Source: an uncultured Candidatus Saccharibacteria bacterium
GTDB taxonomy: Bacteria; Patescibacteriota; Saccharimonadia; Saccharimonadales; JAGQNJ01
NCBI GenBank assembly: GCA_964426845.1
Contig: CAYRSA010000003.1
Location: 6,751-70,750, forward strand
Length of the DNA stretch: 64,000 nucleotides
Direction: 5' to 3'
This document shows, piece by piece, positions 8,758-16,937 of the stretch (the first letter of the stretch is position 1; every line of letters begins with the position of its first letter). A program made the position numbers and the translations under genes. Below the pieces are notes generated by a model. That model was not told the origin of the DNA and ran no database searches. It saw only the letters and a list, made by a program, of their open reading frames with translations.

Positions 8758-10053
8758 ATGAGTTTTCGAGGGACCGTCAAGAAATTTATACCAACTAAGC
8801 TGTTTAAAAAGGTTGAGCCCTATGGGCACCTTATGGAAGCCGTCATCTTCAACATTGCCTACGGTTTTCCAGCCCGTAAAATGAAAGTCATTGGCGTGAC
8901 TGGAACTAATGGTAAGACCTCGACCTGCTTTTTAATTCACAGCATGATGGTAACTTCCGGCAAGAAAACTGGCCTGATGACCACTGTTGGTTATGGCGTA
9001 GGCAAGGACATCAAACCCCAGATGCAACACATGACCTCGCAGACCGTGCCGGTGCTGATGAAGCGATTGAAGTACATGCGCCAGCAGGGGGTGGAGTGGT
9101 TGATTTTGGAGACGACCTCGCATGCTTTGGCTCAGAACCGAGTTTGGGGCGTGCCGTACAGCGTGGCGGTGATGACCAACATTACCCACGAGCACTTGGC
9201 TTATCACGGCACCTTTGAAGCTTACCGTGATGCTAAACGCAAGCTTTTCCAGATGACGAATCGCAATAAAAAGGGCCTTAGAACAGGGATAATCAACGCC
9301 GAGGACCCCAGCGCCGGCCTGTTTACTACCGACATCAACAGCCACATAACTTACGGCATTAAAGAGGGTGATATGTTGGCCAAACATGTCGAGCTGAAAC
9401 CGACTGGCAGTCGCTTTGCCGCCGTCATAGATGACCAGGAATACTGGATTACTTGCAACTTGCCAGGCACTTTTAATGTTTTCAACGCCATGGCGGCGGT
9501 CGGTGTGGGCCAGGCTATTGGCCTGGAAAAGAAGCAGATTGAGGATGGCATCGCTGCTCTAAAAGATGTCGAAGGCCGGATGACCAAAGTTGATGAGGGC
9601 CAGGCTTTTGATGTCATTGTCGACTATGCTCATACACCGGACAGCTTTGAGAAGTTGTTCAAGGACATGAAAACCGTGGTTAAGGGCAAGACGATTGTGT
9701 TGTTTGGTAGTTTGGGTGGCGGCGACAAGGGTAAGCGACCCTTGCAGGGCGAGCTAGCTGGCAAGTACGCCGACATCGTGGTTATAACAGAGGAAGACGA
9801 CCGTCATGAGAATCCCGAAATCATCATGAATGACATCGCAAAGGGTGCTGAAAAGGCCGGCAAAGTTCGTGATAAAGACCTATTTTTGGTTCACAACCGT
9901 TCGGAGGCTATCAAGTTGGCGTTTTCTAAGGCTAAGAAAGGCGACACCGTGTTACTGCTAGGCAAGGGCCACGAGAAAACCATAGAGGGCAATGATGGCG
10001 AGCGACCCTGGAACGAAGTCAAAGAGGCACAAAAAGCACTTAGAAAACACTAA
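8758..10053 (+). CDS. murE: Mur ligase family, MurE-like (UDP-MurNAc-L-Ala-D-Glu--diamino acid ligase), short N-terminus
   Basis: VIGVTGTNGKTST P-loop, DYAHTPDS motif and a C-terminal Mur ligase domain. At 431 aa the usual N-terminal domain appears to be reduced. Confidence 0.75.
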   Translation: MSFRGTVKKFIPTKLFKKVEPYGHLMEAVIFNIAYGFPARKMKVIGVTGTNGKTSTCFLIHSMMVTSGKKTGLMTTVGYGVGKDIKPQMQHMTSQTVPVLMKRLKYMRQQGVEWLILETTSHALAQNRVWGVPYSVAVMTNITHEHLAYHGTFEAYRDAKRKLFQMTNRNKKGLRTGIINAEDPSAGLFTTDINSHITYGIKEGDMLAKHVELKPTGSRFAAVIDDQEYWITCNLPGTFNVFNAMAAVGVGQAIGLEKKQIEDGIAALKDVEGRMTKVDEGQAFDVIVDYAHTPDSFEKLFKDMKTVVKGKTIVLFGSLGGGDKGKRPLQGELAGKYADIVVITEEDDRHENPEIIMNDIAKGAEKAGKVRDKDLFLVHNRSEAIKLAFSKAKKGDTVLLLGKGHEKTIEGNDGERPWNEVKEAQKALRKH

Positions 10054-10139
10054 GACAGAAGTTATAACAAACACAAACTTGAAATTACACCAATACTGTG
10101 CTACAATAACACTAGTTAGTCATAACAAAAAATATACAA

Positions 10140-10883
10140 ATGTCAGAATTATCTGCCAAAATACCAAAACCAATTGAAGATATTGCCAAGACCGAAGGCA
10201 AAGTAATTGAAGAAAAATTACGAGATGAAAAGCTGCGCGCCTTATTGGGGACCGACTATGAATTTGCCAAACAACAGGGCCTAATCGATATGTTTAAGTA
10301 CGATCCCAACAGTGGCCAAGATGGGTTGATGCATTTGCTGACCGGTAACTTAACAACCTCACCGGATGGCGGTGAAATAGCTGAAGGCTTTCACCACCTA
10401 GCCTCAGCCCAAATACTGCAAGCAGCCGAAATTGGCGCCCACGACACCTATACCGAACCAGTTGATACCACCAATGCTAGCAGCGAACACAAGAAATATT
10501 ATCGCCGATTTCCTTATGAACCATACAGGACCCCTGTGGTTATCTCGGGAAAGCCAAAGATGGGTATGACTAGAGATAAAACTGGTGTCAAGCGAGCTGA
10601 CAACAGTATGTTTCCAGATGAATACGATCCATTAACCATACTACGGACTATTCAGATGGCTCGGGACAATCGTGATACAGAACAAGACAACTTAGTAGAG
10701 CGGCCCGATGGCTGGCTGATTGTGAATACCTCAAAAGTTCCAATGCTGGATGGCGAGCATGAGCTTAAAATTAGACTAGTCATGGACGACCAAGAGAAGA
10801 TTATTACCGCTATTCCCAACCAAAACCCAGGTCAAATGAAACTGGACGAGGAAGCGATTAGAACTCACTTAGGCCTTGCCTAG
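10140..10883 (+). CDS. bacterial EndoU-nuclease-like domain protein (putative RNase toxin-like)
   Basis: The C-terminal ~170 aa follow the pattern I associate with the Pfam EndoU_bacteria family: MHLLTGN...GFHHL (HxLxG...GGHh), NSMFPDEYDPLTILRTIQMA (xxFPxxWsxxxixxaIxxA), and the terminal LKIRLVMDDQEKIITAIPN (...gkIiTAyP). There is no signal peptide or TM segment. Confidence 0.55.
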   Translation: MSELSAKIPKPIEDIAKTEGKVIEEKLRDEKLRALLGTDYEFAKQQGLIDMFKYDPNSGQDGLMHLLTGNLTTSPDGGEIAEGFHHLASAQILQAAEIGAHDTYTEPVDTTNASSEHKKYYRRFPYEPYRTPVVISGKPKMGMTRDKTGVKRADNSMFPDEYDPLTILRTIQMARDNRDTEQDNLVERPDGWLIVNTSKVPMLDGEHELKIRLVMDDQEKIITAIPNQNPGQMKLDEEAIRTHLGLA

Positions 10884-10931
10884 CCAGGTAGCTTGAATAA
10901 TATAGCAATTTGTTGTATCATACACACCGTA

Positions 10932-11228
10932 ATGACAAAAAGAGATGCCATCAGCAGAGAGCCTAATGGTGGAACGCTGGAACAAGCCGTTTTTACGGAT
11001 TTGGTACAGGCCGCTGGACCGGTCTTTTTTAGAAGTCTATTTGATTCTGAAGATCAGTGGCCAATCGGTACCTATGAGACCACTGCCGACTCTAACCCCG
11101 CTTGGGTATTGACTGCCGATGGCGAGGGTAATGTGACATATCGGCTCGATAATATGGGGCCGTTCACTTTGCCAGTCGCCGTCGCTGTTGAAATAATCGC
11201 AGTTGTAGAAGCTGAATCGACAAGCTAA
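10932..11228 (+). CDS. small acidic hypothetical protein (candidate partner/immunity of the EndoU-like gene)
   Basis: The ORF lies immediately downstream on the same strand. I chose the ATG at 10932 (MTKRDAISREP...) over the TTG at 10893. No recognised domain. Confidence 0.45.
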   Translation: MTKRDAISREPNGGTLEQAVFTDLVQAAGPVFFRSLFDSEDQWPIGTYETTADSNPAWVLTADGEGNVTYRLDNMGPFTLPVAVAVEIIAVVEAESTS

Positions 11229-12082
11229 TCAAGCGTAAGGGTGGTGCAGCGGATATAGCCGCCGCCTTTGGCGAGCTCAGAGATCTGGGGAGTAATGGTC
11301 TTTAGGCCTCTGGTTTCCAGGGCCTTTTTTAATTCTGGAGCATTAGCGCTCATAATGACCGTTTCGCCGGTGGAGACTAGGTTGCAAGCAAAGCCTTTGA
11401 CAGCCTCGTCGTAGCTGACTTCGATTTTTTCGAGGTCGTTTATGGCGTGGATTTTGGCTTGAGATTCAGGCGTGAAGGCCTTGGGGCACCAGGCAATTAA
11501 CTGGGGTGATATCACCGCCAGAGCCAGGTCAATATCATAGAAAAAACTGTCTGGCCAGCCGGTCACTGCATTAATGACGGGTTGGCCTTTTGAATCAGTG
11601 TTTGGTACGGTTTGCAGGCCAATGACCCGAAAGCCCAACTCCTTGCCTAAAAAATCATGCACGGCCGTGTCGGTGCGGTAATTTGAGCCAATAAACAGAT
11701 AATCACTGCAGGCTAGAGCATCCCCCTGACCACTGAATTTGAGGCCCTTAGGAACATATACAAGACGCTTGCCTAAACGGCTAAGCACATCGGCGGCGTA
11801 GGGCTCCTCGGCCTGGCGTTTATTCGGGAGGGCCGACAAGACCACTGTATCCCCCCGACACAGACCCCAGTTTGCGGTGTAAACGCCGTCTTGGCAGCCA
11901 TGGGGCGGCTTGACCTGCACGACTTCGACGCCCGCGTCTTCGAGGGCATGGCGGATGGCTTGGTGTTCGGTCTGGGCCTGCTCGACATCAACGGGCACAG
12001 AATCGTCCATATAGGCGTTAATAGCGAAGCCATCGTTGAAGTAATCGACGCCGGACATCAGCACTTTTTGGTTAATAAGCAT
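11225..12082 (-). CDS. amidinotransferase / DDAH / arginine-deiminase-fold (guanidino-group-modifying enzyme) family protein
   Basis: The C-terminus (AKGGGYIRCTTLTLD) carries the family's nucleophilic Cys signature. The size (~285 aa) fits DDAH/amidinotransferase-like members better than ArcA. The start is the ATG at 12082, 8 nt after TGgTATAAT (12091-12099 on the + strand). Confidence 0.7.
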   Translation of the reverse strand: MLINQKVLMSGVDYFNDGFAINAYMDDSVPVDVEQAQTEHQAIRHALEDAGVEVVQVKPPHGCQDGVYTANWGLCRGDTVVLSALPNKRQAEEPYAADVLSRLGKRLVYVPKGLKFSGQGDALACSDYLFIGSNYRTDTAVHDFLGKELGFRVIGLQTVPNTDSKGQPVINAVTGWPDSFFYDIDLALAVISPQLIAWCPKAFTPESQAKIHAINDLEKIEVSYDEAVKGFACNLVSTGETVIMSANAPELKKALETRGLKTITPQISELAKGGGYIRCTTLTLD

Positions 12083-12146
12083 TAGCAAGAATTATACCAG
12101 GCCTTGAGACATTGATAAATTACGACGTTTGTGCTATAAATATGCT

Positions 12147-12776
12147 ATGTCAACCGACTGTGGAGCCTCACCAGTTTCTAGAAACCCAGACCTTCTACAC
12201 GAGTTAAGGGCTGTAATATCCGGTCCTTTTATTGATGTAGATCCGGCCTTCGAGCTGGTCCACGGCCTACCAAATGAGCCAATGGAAGAGGTTATTATTG
12301 CCGAGACCGAGAACCGTTTCTTAATCGTCTCAAACGCCGGTAGAACTGCACTTCAGCACACACTGTTCACCGAGGCAAGACTACCGGTATTTTCGGCTTT
12401 AGCTTCGGACTCCATATTATTGCTGAGCGTTCCACCAGGAACTCGACCTCTCAGCCATGTATTAGCCGGACTACAACGAAACCCTAACAACGGCACACTA
12501 TTATTCCACGAGACCGGTAAAGTCGTTCGGGACCTAGAGGCTAGAGGACAGGGCTTTCCGAAATCCGTTCTAAACCAGTTCGCTATTGTAACTGACTCGG
12601 AGGATCCTCGTGGCGCTAAAGTTTGCCTAGTACCTCCTTATGAGCTGGATATAGAGCAATCCATCGAGGGTTTCCTGGATCAAGCTTACACTGAGTTGGA
12701 CTACCGCGGTGTTGCATCCCAAACAGCCCGCAAACTGGTTAACAGCTTGCGGTCAGGGTTTCAAGACGATGAGTAG
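12147..12776 (+). CDS. hypothetical protein, possibly a degenerate kinase-like fold
   Basis: The start was moved to the ATG at 12147, 6 nt after TGcTATAAA. The segment order loosely mirrors the downstream paralogue-like protein, but the catalytic residues are not conserved (...LLFHETGKVV...NQFAIVTD...LVPPYEL). Confidence 0.5.
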   Translation: MSTDCGASPVSRNPDLLHELRAVISGPFIDVDPAFELVHGLPNEPMEEVIIAETENRFLIVSNAGRTALQHTLFTEARLPVFSALASDSILLLSVPPGTRPLSHVLAGLQRNPNNGTLLFHETGKVVRDLEARGQGFPKSVLNQFAIVTDSEDPRGAKVCLVPPYELDIEQSIEGFLDQAYTELDYRGVASQTARKLVNSLRSGFQDDE

Positions 12777-13818
12777 TCTGTTAGAAACAGATCCTCATAG
12801 TCGATTCGAGGAGACTTTATACGCACAAGCCGTCGATATCCTGACCCAACAAGCTGTCGGCGAAGGTGTAGATGGCCTCAGACACGACGATATTTTTGGT
12901 CTGCCTGATTTCGCTCCACATTTGAACCACGAAAGCTATGTCACTAACTTCGGAGATTATCGACTGCATAACGGATTGTTTGTTACGGATAGCTTTGCTC
13001 AGCGTTGGAACGAACAAGGCATACCTAACAGGTGGAGTTTTAATCTACAGCCCCTCTTAAGATCCGGTCGGGACGATTCGCGCCACAAAGTATTCTTTGG
13101 GGCTATTAAGGAGGACTATTTTCATGGGGGTATCCAGCATGTAACTCAGGTAGCGGTTAAGCCGTTCGGTAGAGAAGAGGAAACCTATGCTTTTCACGAA
13201 TTCGCTATGCATGAGTACTTGCGTGAAAGAGGCCTTCCTACCTTCAGGACACTAGGTATGTTGGCTCTGGAAGCAGATGAGAACCAAGATATTCCTCGAC
13301 TATTCTTGCTGAGCCAATTTGAACCCAATGTTATGACAATGGATAACATTTCATGGGGTGAACGGACGCCCGAAGAACAGTGGCAGGAAGTTGACAGAGG
13401 CCTGCAGACCCTAGCCACCCTTCATGCCGAAATGATCTTTTTTGGTGATTATTTCTTCAAGAACGTGGCCTTCAAGCAGGATGGCACACCCTTAATTATT
13501 GATCCAGAAACAGTGGTAAGCGGCCTGTACAACGCTCATCCGTCCGGCGATAGAGCTAGGTTGGTTGCGGTTATGGGTAAGGATTTTGAAGCCTACTGCA
13601 AGTCGGTCAGCGAGGATATTCTTCACCCCGGTAGGGAGTTGGATGATCGTCAGCCATTTCCTCGAGAGGATCTCGACACCCTTCTAGAAAGAGTTCATCT
13701 GCCCTATTTTCGCCATCTGACTAAGCGCGGTGGTCAACACCTTGACGTACTCCACGCTACCTTCCAGTATGTAATTGAGGCTCACTCAAGGGGTAAGAAG
13801 CTCGGACAGCCTTTTTAG
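12769..13818 (+). CDS. protein-kinase-like (APH/Kdo-kinase-like) fold protein, atypical catalytic loop
   Basis: The ATG at 12769 overlaps the upstream stop (ATGAGTAG). Motif order is VAVKPF (VAIK-like Lys), HEFAMHEYL (helix-C Glu), LHAEMIFFGDYFFKNVAF (HxDxxxxN loop with F-G-D) and LIIDPE (DFG/IDxE equivalent). Confidence 0.45.
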   Translation: MSSLLETDPHSRFEETLYAQAVDILTQQAVGEGVDGLRHDDIFGLPDFAPHLNHESYVTNFGDYRLHNGLFVTDSFAQRWNEQGIPNRWSFNLQPLLRSGRDDSRHKVFFGAIKEDYFHGGIQHVTQVAVKPFGREEETYAFHEFAMHEYLRERGLPTFRTLGMLALEADENQDIPRLFLLSQFEPNVMTMDNISWGERTPEEQWQEVDRGLQTLATLHAEMIFFGDYFFKNVAFKQDGTPLIIDPETVVSGLYNAHPSGDRARLVAVMGKDFEAYCKSVSEDILHPGRELDDRQPFPREDLDTLLERVHLPYFRHLTKRGGQHLDVLHATFQYVIEAHSRGKKLGQPF

Positions 13819-13822
13819 AGCA

Positions 13823-13849
13823 TTAGCACTCGAGGGTTGCAAGTGCCAA
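13823..13849. promoter_or_regulatory. CIRCE-like HrcA operator upstream of groES-groEL
   Basis: TTAGCACTC-gagggttgc-AAGTGCCAA compared with the consensus TTAGCACTC-N9-GAGTGCTAA. The left arm is perfect and the right arm matches 7/9. It is followed by TGgTAGAAT (-10 at 13860-13865) and an AGGAGG SD before the groES GTG. Confidence 0.7.
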
Positions 13850-13899
13850 TTTCCTTTGGTAGAATGCTGATTACGAAGTGTTAATCAGGAGGTCAAAAA

Positions 13900-14169
13900 G
13901 TGGCAACACCCATCAATCCCATGCCCGAGTACGTGGTAGTCAAACAAGAAAAATCAGATGCTAAAACGGCCAGTGGCTTGTATTTGCCGGATAGCGCTAA
14001 GGAAAAGCCCAAAACTGCCAAGGTGGTGGCTGTCGGTGCCGGCGTTAAAGAAGTCAAAGTCGGTGACACGGTAATTTATAAGAACGAATACGAGGCTACG
14101 GCTGTTAAAGTCGGTGGTGACGAGTACACGGTGGTCTTTCATATGAATATAATCGCGACCGTAAAATAG
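13900..14169 (+). CDS. groES: co-chaperonin GroES
   Basis: 89 aa with typical Cpn10 sequence (...VVKQEKSDAKTASGLYLPDSAKEKP...). It has a GTG start with AGGAGG 8 nt upstream and sits directly upstream of groEL. Confidence 0.92.
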   Translation: MATPINPMPEYVVVKQEKSDAKTASGLYLPDSAKEKPKTAKVVAVGAGVKEVKVGDTVIYKNEYEATAVKVGGDEYTVVFHMNIIATVK

Positions 14170-14180
14170 GAGGATAACAG

Positions 14181-15821
14181 ATGGCTAACAAAGTTTTTTA
14201 TGATGAGGATGCTCGACGACGAGTGCTGGAGGGGGCTCGGATTTTATACGAAGCCGTTAAGACAACTATGGGGCCCAAAGGCCGAAACGTGATTATCGAT
14301 AAGGCCTATGGCAACCCGACCGTGACTCACGACGGTGTGACCGTAGCCAAGGGTGTAGAAATTGAAGATAAAGACGACGAGACTTTGGGTTACAAAGTTG
14401 GTGCCGAGTTAATCAAACAAGCGGCTAACAAAATGAACGATGTAGCCGGTGACGGCACGACCACTGTTACAGTGTTGACGTATCATATCTTGAACGAGGC
14501 CAACAAGCTGATTGCCGCCGGCCATAACCCAATGTTGCTACGCAAAGGCTTAGAGGCGGCGGCCCACGACGTTATGGCTAAGTTAGATGGTATGTCTGAG
14601 GACATTAAAGCTAACAAAAAGCGGGTGGCCGAAGTGGCGACCATCAGTGCCGGTGACGCTGAAATCGGCCAGCTGATCGCTGAAGTTATCGAGAAAGTCG
14701 GCAAGGACGGCGTGGTGACGGTTGAAGAGGGCCAGAGCCTGGAACTAGAACAAGAAGTCGTCGAAGGTTTCACCATGGACCGAGGTTTTATCAGCCCATT
14801 CATGGCCACCGATACTACCCGGATGGAAGCGGTCATCGACAAACCAGCCATCGTCATAACAGATATGAAAATCAGCTCAGCCCAAGATTTCTTACCTGTG
14901 CTGGAGCAACTAGCTCAAGCCGGGAAGAAGGATGTCCTAATAATTGCTGAAGACGTCGAAGGCGAAGTCCTGGGCGTACTCATCCTGAATAAGTTGAAGG
15001 GTGTGCTGAATGCCGTAGCCGTCAAGGCGCCATCGTTTGGCGACCGCCGCAAAGAAGTCCTGGAAGATATTGCTGTACTGACTGGTGGCCAGGTTATCTC
15101 TGAAGAGCGCGGTGATTCTTTTGAAAATGTTGACCCAAGTTATATTGGTAGCGCCCGCAAAGTCATTGTTACCAAGGACGATACAACTATCATCGAAGGC
15201 GCTGGCAAGCCAAGTGCCCTGAAGGCTCGCATAGCCCAGATTACGACCCAGGGCGGGGCGGCCTCCAGCGACTACGATCGCGACAACTTCGTCGAGCGCC
15301 GAGCCGCTCTGCAAGGCAAAGTAGCCGTCATTAAGGTTGGCGGTGCTACCGAAACAGAGATCGAAGAGAAGAAATTCCGCGTCGACGATGCTGTGGCAGC
15401 TACCAAAGCTGCGCTGGAAGAAGGTATTGTGCCTGGTGGTGGTGTGACTCTGGTAAATCTGGCCTCGACTATTAAATTAACTGGCACCGATTCAGCTACA
15501 GCCGGGGCTAATCTGTTGCAAAGCTCCTTAGAACAGCCCTTCCGGATTTTGTTAAGCAACGCTGGGCTCAACGCCGACGAGTGGCTACCTCAAGTAAAAG
15601 CCAAAAAAGGCCTAGGTGTTGATGTTAATAGACCAACCAAGATAGTGGATCTCAAGGCTGCAGGCGTGGTTGACCCCACGCGAGTCACTCGTGAAGCTAT
15701 CCAAAATGCCGTCTCGATTGCCGGTACGGCTATGACTATGGGCGCTCTGGTGGCCGAAGTTCCAAAGGAAGAATCGGCTCCAGCTGGTGGCGGCATGCCC
15801 GGCGGCATGATGGGAATGTAA
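14181..15821 (+). CDS. groEL: chaperonin GroEL
   Basis: 546 aa with AGDGTTTVTVL and VEEGIVPGGG motifs and a C-terminal GGMPGGMMGM tail. Confidence 0.97.
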   Translation: MANKVFYDEDARRRVLEGARILYEAVKTTMGPKGRNVIIDKAYGNPTVTHDGVTVAKGVEIEDKDDETLGYKVGAELIKQAANKMNDVAGDGTTTVTVLTYHILNEANKLIAAGHNPMLLRKGLEAAAHDVMAKLDGMSEDIKANKKRVAEVATISAGDAEIGQLIAEVIEKVGKDGVVTVEEGQSLELEQEVVEGFTMDRGFISPFMATDTTRMEAVIDKPAIVITDMKISSAQDFLPVLEQLAQAGKKDVLIIAEDVEGEVLGVLILNKLKGVLNAVAVKAPSFGDRRKEVLEDIAVLTGGQVISEERGDSFENVDPSYIGSARKVIVTKDDTTIIEGAGKPSALKARIAQITTQGGAASSDYDRDNFVERRAALQGKVAVIKVGGATETEIEEKKFRVDDAVAATKAALEEGIVPGGGVTLVNLASTIKLTGTDSATAGANLLQSSLEQPFRILLSNAGLNADEWLPQVKAKKGLGVDVNRPTKIVDLKAAGVVDPTRVTREAIQNAVSIAGTAMTMGALVAEVPKEESAPAGGGMPGGMMGM

Positions 15822-15892
15822 GCACAAGCAATACCATTACTTGACGAACTGTAGTACTATAGGGTGCAATAGGAATTTAGTGAGGAAAGTTT

Positions 15893-16321
15893 ATGGCAAT
15901 TTGGCCCTTCAACCGTAAGAAACAAGACCAAGCCTTACCTGAGGATGTACAGGAGTATTACGAAACCGGTCAAAAGCAACACACGGGCATGGCTTGGCTA
16001 TTGGCTCTAGGCACTCTCTTAGTAACCGTTCTTCTAGCAATCCTGCTTTTCTTTGGTGGACGTTGGGTCTACCAGCAACTTACTGGCGATGATGATTCCA
16101 GCCAGGAAACTACCTCTCAGACCTCAGACCAAGGCCAGAACGAGGGCGGCCAGCAATCTGCTCCACCAGATAACCCAAGCGAAGCCGACAGCGGCGGTAC
16201 GGGGGTTCAACAGGGAAGCAGTAGCGCCAATACAACTACGCCGTCGACTGCTACGCCAACCACTGGTCCATCCGGCTCAGAGATTCCTGATACCGGTCCT
16301 GGCCCTGGCGGCCTCCAGTAA
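15893..16321 (+). CDS. membrane-anchored low-complexity (S/T/G/Q/P-rich) protein
   Basis: One TM helix (residues ~32-55) followed by a compositionally biased tail. A GAGGA SD lies upstream. Confidence 0.5.
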   Translation: MAIWPFNRKKQDQALPEDVQEYYETGQKQHTGMAWLLALGTLLVTVLLAILLFFGGRWVYQQLTGDDDSSQETTSQTSDQGQNEGGQQSAPPDNPSEADSGGTGVQQGSSSANTTTPSTATPTTGPSGSEIPDTGPGPGGLQ

Positions 16322-16876
16322 TTACTTCTTCTTAGTGAAGTAGTTGATCTCTTGAATAATATCCAGCATGGCCTCGGCGCGGGCCTTTTTGTCTTCAATC
16401 TTTTTAGCAGTTTCTAGGGCTTGAGGCAATAGAGCCTGGTCGTCAGTAGCTTGAATAGTCATCATCAAGATGTTGAGCTTCTCATCGGCCGGCTGGTCGA
16501 GTTCATCTAACAGAGGTGATAACTCTTGCAGGGCGCCCTTTTTAACTTCCATTAGCTCGGGTGGAGTCTCGCTTAGAGTTGGTTCATCGACTGGGGCCGG
16601 GGTTTCTGGCGCGGGTTTGACTTCCGGCTCGGCTGGAGCTGACGGCTTACTGGCGCCATCATCGGTAGAGGCGTTAATATCATCAACAATTTTACTAATA
16701 TCACCATCGCCATCGTCGTCGGACTCATCAGCTGCGGTGGCTGGTGCACCGGCTGGATCGACGCCCACTAGGCTTTCGTCTGGTGGCGTAGTGCTCATCG
16801 GTTGTACTACGGTGCCACTATCGGCTGAGGCTTGCTCATCTTTTTTTTCGTCTTTGTCGTCGTGCCCAAACATCAT
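16322..16876 (-). CDS. hypothetical highly acidic protein
   Basis: 184 aa with a D/E/P/A-rich N-terminal half and a helical C-terminal ~70 aa. No recognised domain. Confidence 0.5.
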   Translation of the reverse strand: MMFGHDDKDEKKDEQASADSGTVVQPMSTTPPDESLVGVDPAGAPATAADESDDDGDGDISKIVDDINASTDDGASKPSAPAEPEVKPAPETPAPVDEPTLSETPPELMEVKKGALQELSPLLDELDQPADEKLNILMMTIQATDDQALLPQALETAKKIEDKKARAEAMLDIIQEINYFTKKK

Positions 16877-16937
16877 CCCCCCTTATGCAATACTGTATAG
16901 TAGGTAGTATAGAACAAAAAACCATAAGGGGAAATAG

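Noticed and set aside
12709-12768. ORF-track start at 12709 for the kinase-like protein (68-nt overlap with the upstream gene), and TTG at 12129 for the upstream gene
   Set aside because: Internal ATGs at 12769 (ATGA-type overlap with the upstream stop) and 12147 (6 nt after a -10 box) fit the start-site grammar seen throughout the window better than the longest-ORF starts do.
16877-16930. 9-bp inverted repeat CCCCTTATG ... CATAAGGGG bracketing the gap between the divergent genes at 16876 and 16938
   Set aside because: Each arm simply supplies an AAGGGG Shine-Dalgarno-like element for one of the two divergent genes. The likely -10 boxes (TATAGT/TAGTAT) lie between the arms, so neither mRNA would contain both arms and form a hairpin.
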